NCBI GenBank assembly: GCA_051362555.1
Contig: CM120640.1
Span: forward strand, 51,190,788 to 51,254,787
DNA from: Lingula anatina
Lineage: Eukaryota; Animalia; Brachiopoda
DNA: 64,000 nt
Reading direction: 5' to 3'
Position 1 is the first letter of the stretch, and each line of letters begins with the position of its first letter. Both the position numbers and the translations under genes were made by a program. The notes beneath the pieces are model-generated. The model saw only the letters and a list, made by a program, of their open reading frames with translations, did not search any database and had not been told where the DNA came from. Shown here in pieces: positions 14,012 through 26,010 of this stretch.

Positions 14012-16109
14012 ATGACCACTCAGGTAAGGGACGCGTGGTTGTTTTTTTAGTGCTAATTTCTTTCAGTCAAACTCATGAGTTTTCTGTGAGGTAACTTTGC
14101 GTTGTATTAAATGGTACTCGATATTAAAAACGTAAATCACAGCCTTGCCCTTGGTCATATTCACAGGGCATTAAACATGTCATTTTTTTTTGTTACAATC
14201 CAAAGAAACAATGCTACACTAATACCAGTATGCGTAAAAATAAAAATTCTATTATCCAGATAACATAAAAAAAGTATTAGGAGTTTTGACGTTTTGAATG
14301 CTTTAATATCAGTTTGGCACAGGTACATGTACCTGTACCTCGGCTCATGATAATTGACTTACCAGGCATATAGCACAAAGTTTCATGCGTTAGCACGACT
14401 ATTTCCGTTATTTTATATGTACTTCATGTGTTGATAGTACCCGGGTGTTGGTATGGCTAACAAGTCGTGATAACATCTTCATATTTTTAACAGTGTGTTC
14501 AGGTCCGCCTTGAATTAGGCCACAGGGCAGCTATTCGCAAGCAGCCAACACCAGAGGGCTTTACACATGACTGGGAGGTTTTTGTCCGAGGTCCACAAGG
14601 AAACAACATCCAGCATTTTATTGAGAAAGTTGTGTTCCATCTGCACGACAGTTTTCCCAAGCCAAAAAGAGGTAAGACAAAACTGTTAGATGCTTGTTTT
14701 GTCTATAAATTTCAGAATGATGTGCAGTTGGATATTATGAAATGTATTATTTCAGTTTTAACTTATTTTTAATTTATTTATGTTTTATTTATAAAGCAGT
14801 TTTAGATCCAATCACTCAATTTACAAATTAGGCACAGTATGGTGGAAAATACTTGACTCGTTTTTTGTTTTTTTTTTTCAGTCTCAAAAGAACCACCTTA
14901 TCAGGTTGGGGAGAGTGGATATGCTGGTTTTGAAATGCCAATAGAGATTTATTTCAAGAACAAGGAAGAGCCAAAGAAAATTCGCTTTATGTATGATTTA
15001 TTCCTGCACTTGGACGGTTGTCCACCTGTCAATCATGTACGCTGTGAAAAACTCACCTTCAAGAATCCAACGGAGGAGTTTAGACGCAAGCTGATAAAAG
15101 GGGGTGGAGTAAGTAATGGCATGATTTTAACTGTTTCTGTGAAAACAATACAACTGTATAGATAAATGAAATTTACATTTTGCTTAACAGCAGATAAGAT
15201 ATGGGAATATTATTTATTTTTACTTTTCATCTGAACAAAATGACTGTAAGACAGGACCCTTGAATAATTTTAATGTGCTCTAAGGAGCTAAATTTGGTTT
15301 TGCCTTTTTTGTTGTTGTAGATGAAAAATTAATATTTATGGTCATAAATCTGTGAATAAGATTTTCAAACAGAGAATACATATGAGTCAGTCTAATAGAG
15401 TTAATAAGTTTAAAAACCTTAAGTTCATACAGGTCTTTTTAAAATTGTATCACCACAGGTTGGTATACCTAGTACAGATGATGACCAGCACTACCATGTT
15501 CCTAGTCCTGTCCCTAGTCCTGTATCCCCTCCTGCACCACAAGTACAGCCAGCTGCTATGAAGGTGTCCTCCCACAGAGGATCTACTGACAGCATGAGGA
15601 GTAAGGCAGAGAAGAAGAAAAAAGAAAGAGATAAAGACAAAGCAAAAGAAAAGGAGTCTAAAGAGAAATCCCCAAATGATTTGAACAAGGTTTGTATTAT
15701 TTAAAGTCTGATGTATTTTTTCCTTTTTTTCTATTTAAAATTTTTTTATAGGTCTCCTCCTCTTGCAAAAACTTGACATGTGGAAATACGCTCAATAAAC
15801 ATTTTTTATCCCAGCTTCCTTGACTCTAATGACCATGCTTTTTGGTCTGAGAATTAACAATTCAGAATTCTTTATCACCTTTTCTTCAGTTTGATCTTAA
15901 GCCTTTAGCTTCTTTAGTAGGTCTCTTTCTTGTAATGTTCCACTCATAATTCTTGCACATTGCTTTTAGCAAGCAGATCCTATGCCAAAGTCTCAACCAA
16001 CACACTCAGATTCATTTGCTGCCCTGTTTGGTACACCAATCACCACAGACTCTATCAGTGCCAAGAAAAAGTCAGATAGTAAAGTAAGACATTTCAAGAA
16101 TTATTTATT

Positions 16110-16151
<42 letters not shown>

Positions 16152-17693
16152 TTGAGGCAGGGATGTGGGGTGAGAAATTCACATAAAGGGCTTTATCAGA
16201 TAGTTATTTTAAAACAAGATCCAAATCTCACTGCTCAGGTTTGCAAAGTTAACACTTAGATATTCAGAGTGTAGTTGGAAAAATGTATTTCACTTACTAT
16301 GGAACATAAAGTAAGTGATAATCTTCACTAAAATGTTACTAAATATAAAACTTTGGAACCATACACAATCTAAAAGAGAATATATTAAACAAATAACTTG
16401 TTTTAAAATTTCTAAATTCTCATGAAGAGAACATTTCAGATCCACAACTTTATGTTAGATGGATGTGATATAGGGAATAATTTTACTTTTTACTCATTCT
16501 GTTTACAACAGGACAGATCAACCACTCCTTCTAAAAACCAAACTACCAACAACAGAGAACCAGACCCTTCCAAAGATAAAAGGAAGAGTAACTCAGAAGT
16601 TAAAGAAGAGAAAACTGCAGTGAAACGTCCTGTCAGCTCTACTCCTGAAGATCAAAATGATCCAAAAAAGAAAAAGAAAGAAGAGAAAGGAAAGGAAAAA
16701 AGTAGAGAGAAAAGCAAACCAAAGTTTGACAAGAAAAAGGGAGAAGAGAAGATTAAAGAAAAAAAGAAAAAAGAAAAGACAAAAGACAAAAAAGAAAAGG
16801 ATAAACATGCAGAAAAACAAAACACAAAACACGATGGTGCTAAGCATTCTAGCAGAGAGAGGCCTGAACATTCCACTCCTAAGAAACAAGAGGACTCTCC
16901 TTCAGTAAAGTCTACTCTGAGCAGGAGTTCCAGCTCCAGCTCTCTCTCCCTGAGCTCCACTGTGAACAGTTTAAGCAGTGGTAGTAATGTTATCTCAGCA
17001 GTAACAAGACTAACAGCTGAACAAATAGAAAAGGAGGAGGAGGAAGAAGAAAGAGCTGTAAATGACCTCCTATCAGACTCAGCTTCTTCCCTTTCATCTT
17101 CAGAATTATTTGATAGTCAGAAAAAGTTTTCAAGTCCTTCACCAAGTATTGAACAAAAAAGTAGCAAAGAAGAATCAAAGGAGCAGAAAGGAAAAGATAA
17201 GGAAAAGGTTGATAAAAAGGAAAAGAAAAAGAAGAAAGAAAAAGATAAGAGGAAAGACAAAGAGAAGAAAAAAGACAAAGAAAAACAGAAAGAAGGAAGA
17301 AAAGAGAAAAAGAAGAGTAAAAAGGACAAGAAGCAGATGGTGCAGGAACTTGAAAGTTTAAAGCATGAAAAGGTACCAACACATGAAAGAGAAAAATGTA
17401 TGAAAAGTGAATCGGATATAGAAAACCACGAAGACACCAAAGTATGTGATTCCTCAAACACTGTGTGTGAAAATGGGAAGTCACCTGCCAATGGAGAGAA
17501 CCTGGCAAGTTTGTTGGAATTAAGAACAAAACTTGAGAACATGGATAATCTTGAAGTATTTGAAAAGGTGGTGAATCTCATAGAAGAAACTCATCAGTAT
17601 GAAATAACCAATAATTTTATGGATTTTGACTTGTGTGCCATGGACAAAGTGACTGTTGACAAACTAAGACAGTATGTGGCAGAATTGCAATAA
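14012..17693 (+). CDS. MLLT1: ENL/AF9 (MLLT1/MLLT3-like) YEATS and AHD domain protein, ~647 aa
   Basis: Exons 14012-14023 (MTTQ), 14494-14671, 14882-15108, 15459-15689, 15970-16083 and 16512-17693; all GT-AG and in frame. YEATS: [12 protein letters not shown]...[13 protein letters not shown]...[14 protein letters not shown]...[14 protein letters not shown]...[18 protein letters not shown]. Lys/Glu/Ser-rich linker. AHD: [37 protein letters not shown]. Probably the single invertebrate co-orthologue of MLLT1 and MLLT3. Confidence 0.95.
16100..16152. repeat. (TTTA)n/(TTA)n microsatellite
   Basis: Direct reading in ENL intron 5; a similar tract occurs at ~18200-18253. Confidence 0.9.
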
Positions 17694-20123
17694 TTTCTTT
17701 TTCAGTTTTTAAATCAGGGAAATAATCTATTGAGAGCTTTTTTACACAACTTCTATACTTACTTATTAATGTGGTGCTAGTCAGTTATATATAAAAGCCA
17801 TATATAACAGAGGCATTGTTATTTATATTATGGATAATTTTACTGATAAGTAGAATTTTTTTCTGGTCTAAAATCCATATACCAGCTGGATAAAAAACAT
17901 CTTCAAATTTTAATTTCTCTTAACCATAATCAAAATTTACTACTTCATGGCATTGTTTATTGCTTGTCAAAGTTAAATGTAGATCTTTTTTTTATGTCTG
18001 TTTGGCATTAAAAAGGTGAAATTCAAAAACATGATGGTGTAATTTAATGTTTTGCAGTTTCTATGCCTTCACATATAAACCAAGAGATAGATTAGGGAGT
18101 ATGTTTTTGTCAGGCCAGGGCAACCTCTCATACCCTTAGGCCACATAGGGACATTTTGAATTATTTTTGTTATATTTTTATTTTTAATTAATTAATTTGT
18201 TATTATTATTTATTTATTTTATTATTATTATTATTATTATTTTTTTTTTTTTTGAAAAGAAAGATTATCATATTGGCAGTCCTCAGATGAGCACACATAG
18301 TATCATTGGTGCCTACTTGGCCTGTCAGTAAAGTAAAGAGTGGTCTGAATAACAATGAAAGCAAATATAAAGGGTCATAATTAAAAAAAGTTTGGAAGTT
18401 ATTTCCTTATTAGAGGCCAGGGCATGTGTTACAACAGGAAAAGAAATGAGCTGCTGTTTAAAAGTGTTCAAGAGACCAATTATCACTTTTTCTGAGATAC
18501 AAGTTAAAAAATGAACCCTTAAAGGCTCACATTAATATAAGAAAGTACTTATTCAAATTATTGTCAACAAAATGCCATCATATAGTTTCAAGTGGTATAA
18601 TTTGAAGGGCCATTCCATGGGATTTTCTCACCAAAATGAATTTTCCTGGGGTAAAGAGCAATTTTCTCTTTCTTGTACTTAAATTCTATGTTTTGTTCCA
18701 TTTTTAATTTAATACATCACTTTAAGTGACTGGCCAGACATTATATAGGACATTTGCCATCACACTCATTGTCTTGTTTTTGCAGAAAAAAAGTGATAGG
18801 TTGTTTTGTATCCCAGCCCTGTTCCATATATGATACAGATGTTGCAAGCTGGCAATGTCTACCTGATGAGGCTCAGAAGATAATAACGACACTAGGAACG
18901 TTTCATATAAATTTTATTTCAAGGGATTTATTGTCTTTGTAGTCTGAATCTGGGAAAATATAAGAAGGTTTACAGGACATACATGGGGAATTTGCAGATA
19001 CGTGAAGAGAACATTTTGGTGGGAAAATGCTGTGGAATGGTCCTTAAACAAAATACCATGGTGTTTCAGTATGTTATTTCCTGAAAAATGATACTTGATA
19101 TATACTGTACTATCAGTGCTTAACATACTGGAGGGAAAGTAAGTACCAATAGGTCACACTTACAACCAAAATTTAAATGTTCAGTTTTAAAGTTTTGTTT
19201 TAGATGCCCTAAATATCAATTTAGGGGGTTGTTTTTTGACAGATGGATTTTTTTTTTGTGTTGTGTATGAAACTGGTACTAATATTTCACATGTTATAGG
19301 ACTTTAAATCTTATTTATATATCTTTAATTCAAGCATTGTTTTTGGATACCATTTTTTCTATGTTTAGCCTCACAGGGTTGCCAAAAAACCTACTGGGTC
19401 AAAACTCATTACCTTGGTTTATATAAAGTTAACGATGTGAATATCAAGCTGAATTATAGAGAATAATTTTTGAGGAATTTAAAAATATCTGAAGTTCTAT
19501 GTATTTTCTTCTCTTTTTTTTTTAATCTGCATGAAACATATTTACATAGTGAGTACATAATACGTGCAGTACTGCCATGTGAATTTAGAACTGTGTCATA
19601 AAGTATATATATAAAAGGCTGTTTGGAAAGCACACTAAGACCATTTGGTGCTCAAACAGCTTCTTTTCTGGTGTGTAGTGAGCTTAAATTAACATAGCAA
19701 TATGCTGATTGTCCTCCAGCCAGCAGAGCTTCATGAAATTGATTTTTATCAACCTTCTATAAACAATCTGTACTGTAGGCAAATTATACATTTTGTCAGG
19801 CATGTATTACCATGATAAATTGGTTCTTGATGCCATTCAAACAGTGAACGATTTAGTGTGTGTCTTTACAAATCCTGAACTAAATACATTGTTTCAGATC
19901 TGGATTATGAATTGAACTGTGTTAATTGTTGTTTCCAAGCTATTCAGCTACCTCTAGGATCCTTGAAAACTGATCTAGTCAGATATATATCAACACAAGT
20001 TCTCACAGATTCAAGATATGTGTTTGTTATACTTGTTAAAGGTTGTACATTTCTTGTAAATATACTAGTCTTGTAAACTAAATGCTGAGACTGTTGTTAA
20101 TGTTTAAAAGTCACATGTGAAGC

Positions 20124-22685
20124 CGGTGTACCATGAAAATGTGACTCCCCAGACAGATTTTCATTATGAAAATGTGATTCCCAGTCAAATTTTCATAATG
20201 AAAATGTGACTCCCCCCCCCCCCCATGAAATTTTGACTCCCCCCACGTAACTTTATAAATCTTATTTTATTTGAGTATATGACTTTCATATTGTAGTATG
20301 CATAATAGAGGATACACTTTTTGTTAGTTTGCAGGAGAAAATTTTAATGAGAAAATAAGAAAATTAAAAATGTGTATTTTACCACCCAATGACCCCCCCC
20401 CCCCCCCCCCCCCAATGAAAAAGCAATGTATTTGATATTTGGTGATCATTTCAACATCTTTCCCTTATGTGTACTTTATGTACCCTAGGTTCTAGATTTC
20501 AGTTTTGCCAGCTCGATCTTGATTTCATATATAACCCGTATCAGCAAAACTGACTCTAGCCACTACTGTCAAAAGGCGGGTGTGTTCAGCAAAATTTTGC
20601 CTGGGACACTTCCATATTTGGAAGTCACAAGTCTCGTACGTCACAGTTGTATCCACCTTGAGCTCCATATTTGGAAATCACAAGTCTTGTACGTCAGAGC
20701 AGTGTACCACCTGGAGCTGCCTTTCCTCACGTTATCTCGTGCAGACAAGACAAGAAGCAAAGTGGCTGATGTGGAGTTTGAAGTTTGAACTTAGAATATC
20801 TTGCAATCGAAGGTCAGCGCCACAACACAAGCAACTTTCTGCTTTAAAAACTGATTTTTGGTGTAGCCATTGCGCAGTCCTTTTAGTGGTATTGGACATG
20901 CCATGTAGCTGTCAAACTTGGCACACTGTATATCTCCAGGAGCAAAGGATTTTGATAAGCAAAAAAATACAAAAACATTGGATATATATATTTTCTTTTA
21001 AAATACATTATTTATTTTTCAATTTACATCTGAAATCCAGTAAGGCCACACTTTTTTATTTTTATGGATGACATCCTCTGGGGACCCTGAAATCGGTGCG
21101 AGAGGGCGAAAAAAAAAAAAAAAAGTCCAAAAAAAACAAAAAAATACTGCTTAAGTAAAGGAATGCTCTCAGTACACAGCTGGAAACAAATTTACCACAG
21201 AAACACGTATCAAACTAACAATATATCTTTATCCATGCTCTCAAAATATTAAAGCATTGCGAATACTTCGTAGAAAGTCATGAATAGATATGCTGCACAT
21301 TACCAAATCTACTCGTATTTAAGGTTATTTCATGCATTTTGTTGGTATATCAATCAATGAAACAAATATCAAACAAAAAGTGTGTCTTTATTTGTACTCT
21401 CAGAATATTTAAGCATTATGAACACTTCACAGAAATGTTAAAAAATGATGCAAAGATATGCTTAGGGCCTAATACTACCAAATCTATAAAAGGTCATTTC
21501 GGTCAATGCCATTTGGTCTACTTTGATTCACACGAAGCAGCCAAACTGTTGGGTGGCCTGACCGACCTTCAGCCCACCAAATACCTCAACGCCCTTGTCG
21601 ACCCTTTTTTCGCTACAAAAAAACCTGGTATATGCTCCTTTGGACAGAATGACAAAGAAATTTTCCGGGCGATAATCGTCAGCCTTTTGCATAATTGTCA
21701 AAAGGTAATATCTCCATGCCCAATGTCAATGGCATAACAATCCAAAACGAAGGCCCCATTCTCTTTATGACTTTAATAGTCGTGTAATTTGAAAGTAATC
21801 CTAGAGATGAATTTGACAGCAAAGCAGCTATATTTCCATGTGGCGATAATACGCATGCACAGAAAGCTCATTTTCCAGCAAATTCAATAACAACGTTTGA
21901 GACAACTGACTTCGTTGGGGGGGCGGGGGGGGGGGGGGATTTTTTTTTTTTTTTTTTGAGAACAGACGAAAATCAGTGCACGCGCAGGATGTCATCCATA
22001 AAAATAAAAAAAGCGTGGCCTAAATGAAATAAAATATAGCAGAATTAAATCTGTTTTACGTTCCATTTTGGTCTAATGACATTCAACTGCAGATTCACTG
22101 TGGAGCAGTTCTTTTTGATTGACGGAAATTGAACATTGTCGCTGTTCCTCAGGGCCAGTTAAGCGATCCCATGACAAGGTATGAATAGTTAACAAGCTAG
22201 CTTTACTGTGCCTTGACACTCAGGGTAACTTTATGAAGAATATATTGGAAATGTTTGAAAGCTTGGTGGTAAAATATTGGGTGCAAAAAATGAAAGAAAA
22301 AATAATGAAAAATCTTCATATTCATACCATGGGGTTTGGACTCCCATGAAGAAAAGGCCCTATTTTATAAGTTTGGTGGTGAAAATTGATAATTTTTGAA
22401 ACAAGTATTCATCTTACTACCTGTAGGATTTGGACTCCCATAGCCTTTGGGTTGAAAAATACACATTTTTAATTTTCTCATTTTCTCATGAAAATTTTCA
22501 AAAAGGCAATGTATACTCCATTATGCATACTACATAAAAGTTATATACTCAAATAAAATAAGATTTATAAAATTTTGTGAGGGATAGTCAAAATTTCATG
22601 GAGGGGGTGAGAGTCAGATTTTCATTATTAAATTTTGACTGGGAAAGTAATTTTGTTATGAGAGTCAGATTTTCATGTTACACCG
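20124..22685. mobile_element. Long-TIR (foldback-like) non-autonomous DNA transposon, ~2.56 kb
   Basis: Termini are CGGTGTACCATGAAAATGTGACTC... and ...GAGTCAGATTTTCATGTTACACCG. Imperfect inverted arms of ~240-265 bp (20124-20389 vs 22448-22685) contain about four subterminal ATGAAAATGTGACTCCC-like repeats. No clear TSD; superfamily not assignable. Confidence 0.85.
21044..22020. mobile_element. Nested non-autonomous PIF/Harbinger-like element
   Basis: ~35-bp TIRs GGCCACACTTTTTTATTTTTATGGATGACATCCT and AGGATGTCATCCATAAAAATAAAAAAGCGTGGCC, flanked on both sides by TAA (21041-21043 and 22021-22023). A 3-bp TWA TSD is the PIF/Harbinger signature. Confidence 0.85.
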
Positions 22686-23190
22686 TTTTCAGTAACCCCT
22701 TGTGGGTTAATTTTCCCTTTGCAGGAAGAAAATTTTAATAATGATAACTATTTTTCAAGGTGATTGTGCAACAGTCAAACCTGGTTAACTTAATACTTTG
22801 CTATCTCACAGTATGTTTAATTATGATTTCTAACTGTTACAGTAGAGTGCTTGCTCTGTTGTTAATAAGCTTAAAAACAGTGTGCCTCACACATTGGAAT
22901 CTTACTAAAAGGCTTCTTCTCACTTATTATCCTATCTGTTACCTACCCATTTTCAAAATGGGATTTTGAGCTAAATAATGAAAATAAGCTAACCAAGTGT
23001 AGATGATATATACTGCACAAATATTGTTGAACACAAGTGAAAGTTTAATGAAGCTTGATGTTGCTTAAAGTAAAAAATGTATGATGTTATCTCATGTGTT
23101 AAACGGCTGTTTTCTAACCAGTAAGTGGGAATGAACCCTGGGAGTTTGGCCTTTAAAAACTCTTTCATATTTTGGAATAAGTGGCATCTT

Positions 23191-23196
<6 letters not shown>

Positions 23197-23233
<37 letters not shown>
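23197..23233. repeat. (TG)n microsatellite
   Basis: Direct reading. Confidence 0.95.
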
Positions 23234-23236
<3 letters not shown>

Positions 23237-24515
23237 TTATTTATTTATTTTTGGGTGTGTGTATAAATTATGAAGGAACTAGTTGAAAAGGTAAATTAAC
23301 TTAAATCAACAAATGTGATTAAACATGAGCCTAGTGAACCTATCACCTGATCACATTTTAACAATTCTGTTGATTCAAAGAAAATGGTTTTTCTTGCCAA
23401 AAGTAACAAAGTCACGGTGCATTTTATTTTCATATTATGAAATATGAAATAAAGTTGGTATAAATAAATGCACCTCCCTGGTCCATCTTACAGCAACATT
23501 GTCTCCTGTCATTTGTTTAGATTTTTCTGTTGAGAATATGGGTTTCAAGGAACAAAGTCTTTTATAGTTACATATAAACATTTAAAATTAAACACTGTTG
23601 CTTGGAGGGTTCAACACACAAATGCAGCATACCTATTTTTAGAAGCAAATATCTAAATCGAGTGATTCAATGAAATACCACATCTGTCAAGAAATATGCA
23701 ACAAAATTCAAAATATTTTTTATTGGTAAATAGTGAACTTTGATCTACAGTTGTTTTGTACACATAACACTTTGTAGTGCACCATCACACAATTGTGATT
23801 ATTGATTACCTATAGCAGATCAAATTGTGGTAACTAATCAGTAAAACCTCACAATTCATCAGAAATATTGAAAGTGCTAATGGCCATATACCAAGAGATT
23901 TGTGTATTTTAATAAATAAATGGTTGCTTTGTATAATGGATTGAACATAACCCAAAAACCTTTCAAGCAAGAGAGAAGTAATATGTCAGTATGCAGGTAA
24001 AAGACTGATTTTTTACCATTTAAACTAAAAGAACATAAAACCAAATTCAAAGTTAACTTGATTCATCAAACCCTTGTTTTGATGTGCAATAAGATGTGTG
24101 AGAAAACAATTGAAGTGTCCCAAGAAAGTTTTATATGAAGTCATTGAAACAGTTAAAGAAAGTCAGTTGTTCTATACACAACTGTACTGTTCCACTTCAG
24201 TTGAAGATTAAACAAATGTAATACACATGAAAAGAAAAATCTTGGCAGACCATAGTTGTTGATTGAAATTATGTATTTTGATTGCTCATGGCTTATTCCT
24301 TTTAATTTTGGCACTCATGAGTGACCACCATGGCTAGGTTTTAGAAAGTACAGTAAAAACAATTTGATATGTTTTTACCCTTAATATAATATGCTATATA
24401 TTAACAAATTACTCTTACAAACCACAATATTCACAGAGCTGCATTTAACTGCAGATACGTTAGAGCAGAAAAATACTTTGTAAATGAACATCTGCACATA
24501 AACATATTCAGGTCT

Positions 24516-24689
24516 CAGGTCTGTAAGCAGCAATTTCAAAAGGGGATAGGGGTCTTTTTCTGAGAAGTAGACCTTTTTACCCCCTTTTACAACCTTGGTT
24601 GACAAAACTAGCAGACCTCTTCCACCTTTGAAGGTGGTCCTTATGACCCTCCCCCTTCCATGAACCCCTACCCCCTTGCCTACAGGCCT
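24516..24689. mobile_element. Short degenerate MITE-like element
   Basis: Left caggtctgtaagcag and right cccccttgcctacaggcct form an imperfect inverted pair around a G/C-run-rich interior. It lies in the presumptive NCX 3'UTR. Confidence 0.4.
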
Positions 24690-26010
24690 AGCTAATAATT
24701 GTTGAATGTCCTGCAGTATGAGAGATCTTAATTAACAAAATGGTTCTGTACACTGTGTGCTTCCTTCTACTTTCTGTGCAGGAATACAATAAATACAGAT
24801 ATCACATGAGAGGAATGTACAATTTTCACAGCCTGATGAGCTTCAAATATTAAAAAGGTAAAACTATAACAAAGAAAAATATGATAAAAATCACAGATAA
24901 CAAAGAAGTTTATGTTTCTTTTCCATAAACATAAACAAAGGGTTATGAATAAAATACTATGGCAGTTTAGTTACCATCAAAGTAAAATAACTGAATTCTC
25001 AATTGACTACCATACAAACTCCTTTAAAGACAATATTTTTATGTGAAACATCTGAAGTCAAAAACGACCAAAGAAAATAATGTGCAATAATCTAACACAA
25101 AGGTATATACAGATATTTATGCAAATTTAAACACACAGAGGAAAAATAAAATGAAAATGATAAATATGGTATATTCAGGTTTGAACATACACCTTAGAAA
25201 ATTAAAATGTTTGAATGAAATGTTTATGTACAAAATGATGAAGAGATTCTTTTTTATGTCTGTCACATTTGTTGTGAACAATACTGCCAAATGCCTCTTT
25301 ACCAAAGCTGTGTTATGCTTAAAGCAATACAAAAATACTGCCGAGAAAATCTTTTAACACAAGGTACTCCTACATTAGGTGTGATGCATGTAGCACATAA
25401 TGCTGATCTTGTTCACCTTATCCACGTACAGTAAATATAAAGGTAATTACCAGGGTACCTCAATATCAAATAAACTGTGAGCTTTGTTCACCCTCAACTG
25501 ATCTAGATTAGAATAATCCAGTACTCAGAACAGGATAAAATGACAACTTCTCTAGACTATTTGGTACAGGTTTTAGAAATGATTTCTGGCAACGGAGTGC
25601 TACAGGTGCTCCAAGCAGTTAAAAAGGCTATGTACATGCATCATGCCTTTAGAGATTCATTTCCCTCCTTTCACAAATAGACCTGTCTCTGTGTAGTGAA
25701 AGTGCTAATTTTTCAGTTACCTCAGAGGAGACAGCAATTTGAATAGTGTGGGACTGTGAGGAGGTATATATTATCTTATCCTTTAATACTGATAATCCGA
25801 TGCCAAGTTTTGATTGTTGTCAGCATTGAAACCAATAATAATCATAATGAACACAAATGCTTGCCTGATTATATATCAAATGTGGTGATTGAGTAGTTTT
25901 GTTTTCAGCAGACCATTCTGGAGTGTAGCTTCAAACACAAGTCTACAGATAAATGTTATGCTGCTGGTAATATGATCCCTTAGAATTGTCAATTCACTTC
26001 CACTTCTTTA

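Noticed and set aside
16593-17581. Phe/Leu/Ser-rich minus-strand ORFs resembling membrane proteins
   Set aside because: Reverse complement of the Lys/Glu-rich ENL exon.
18860-24875. CTGATGAG motifs at ~18864 and ~24833 as hammerhead cores
   Set aside because: No correctly placed GAAA box or stems.
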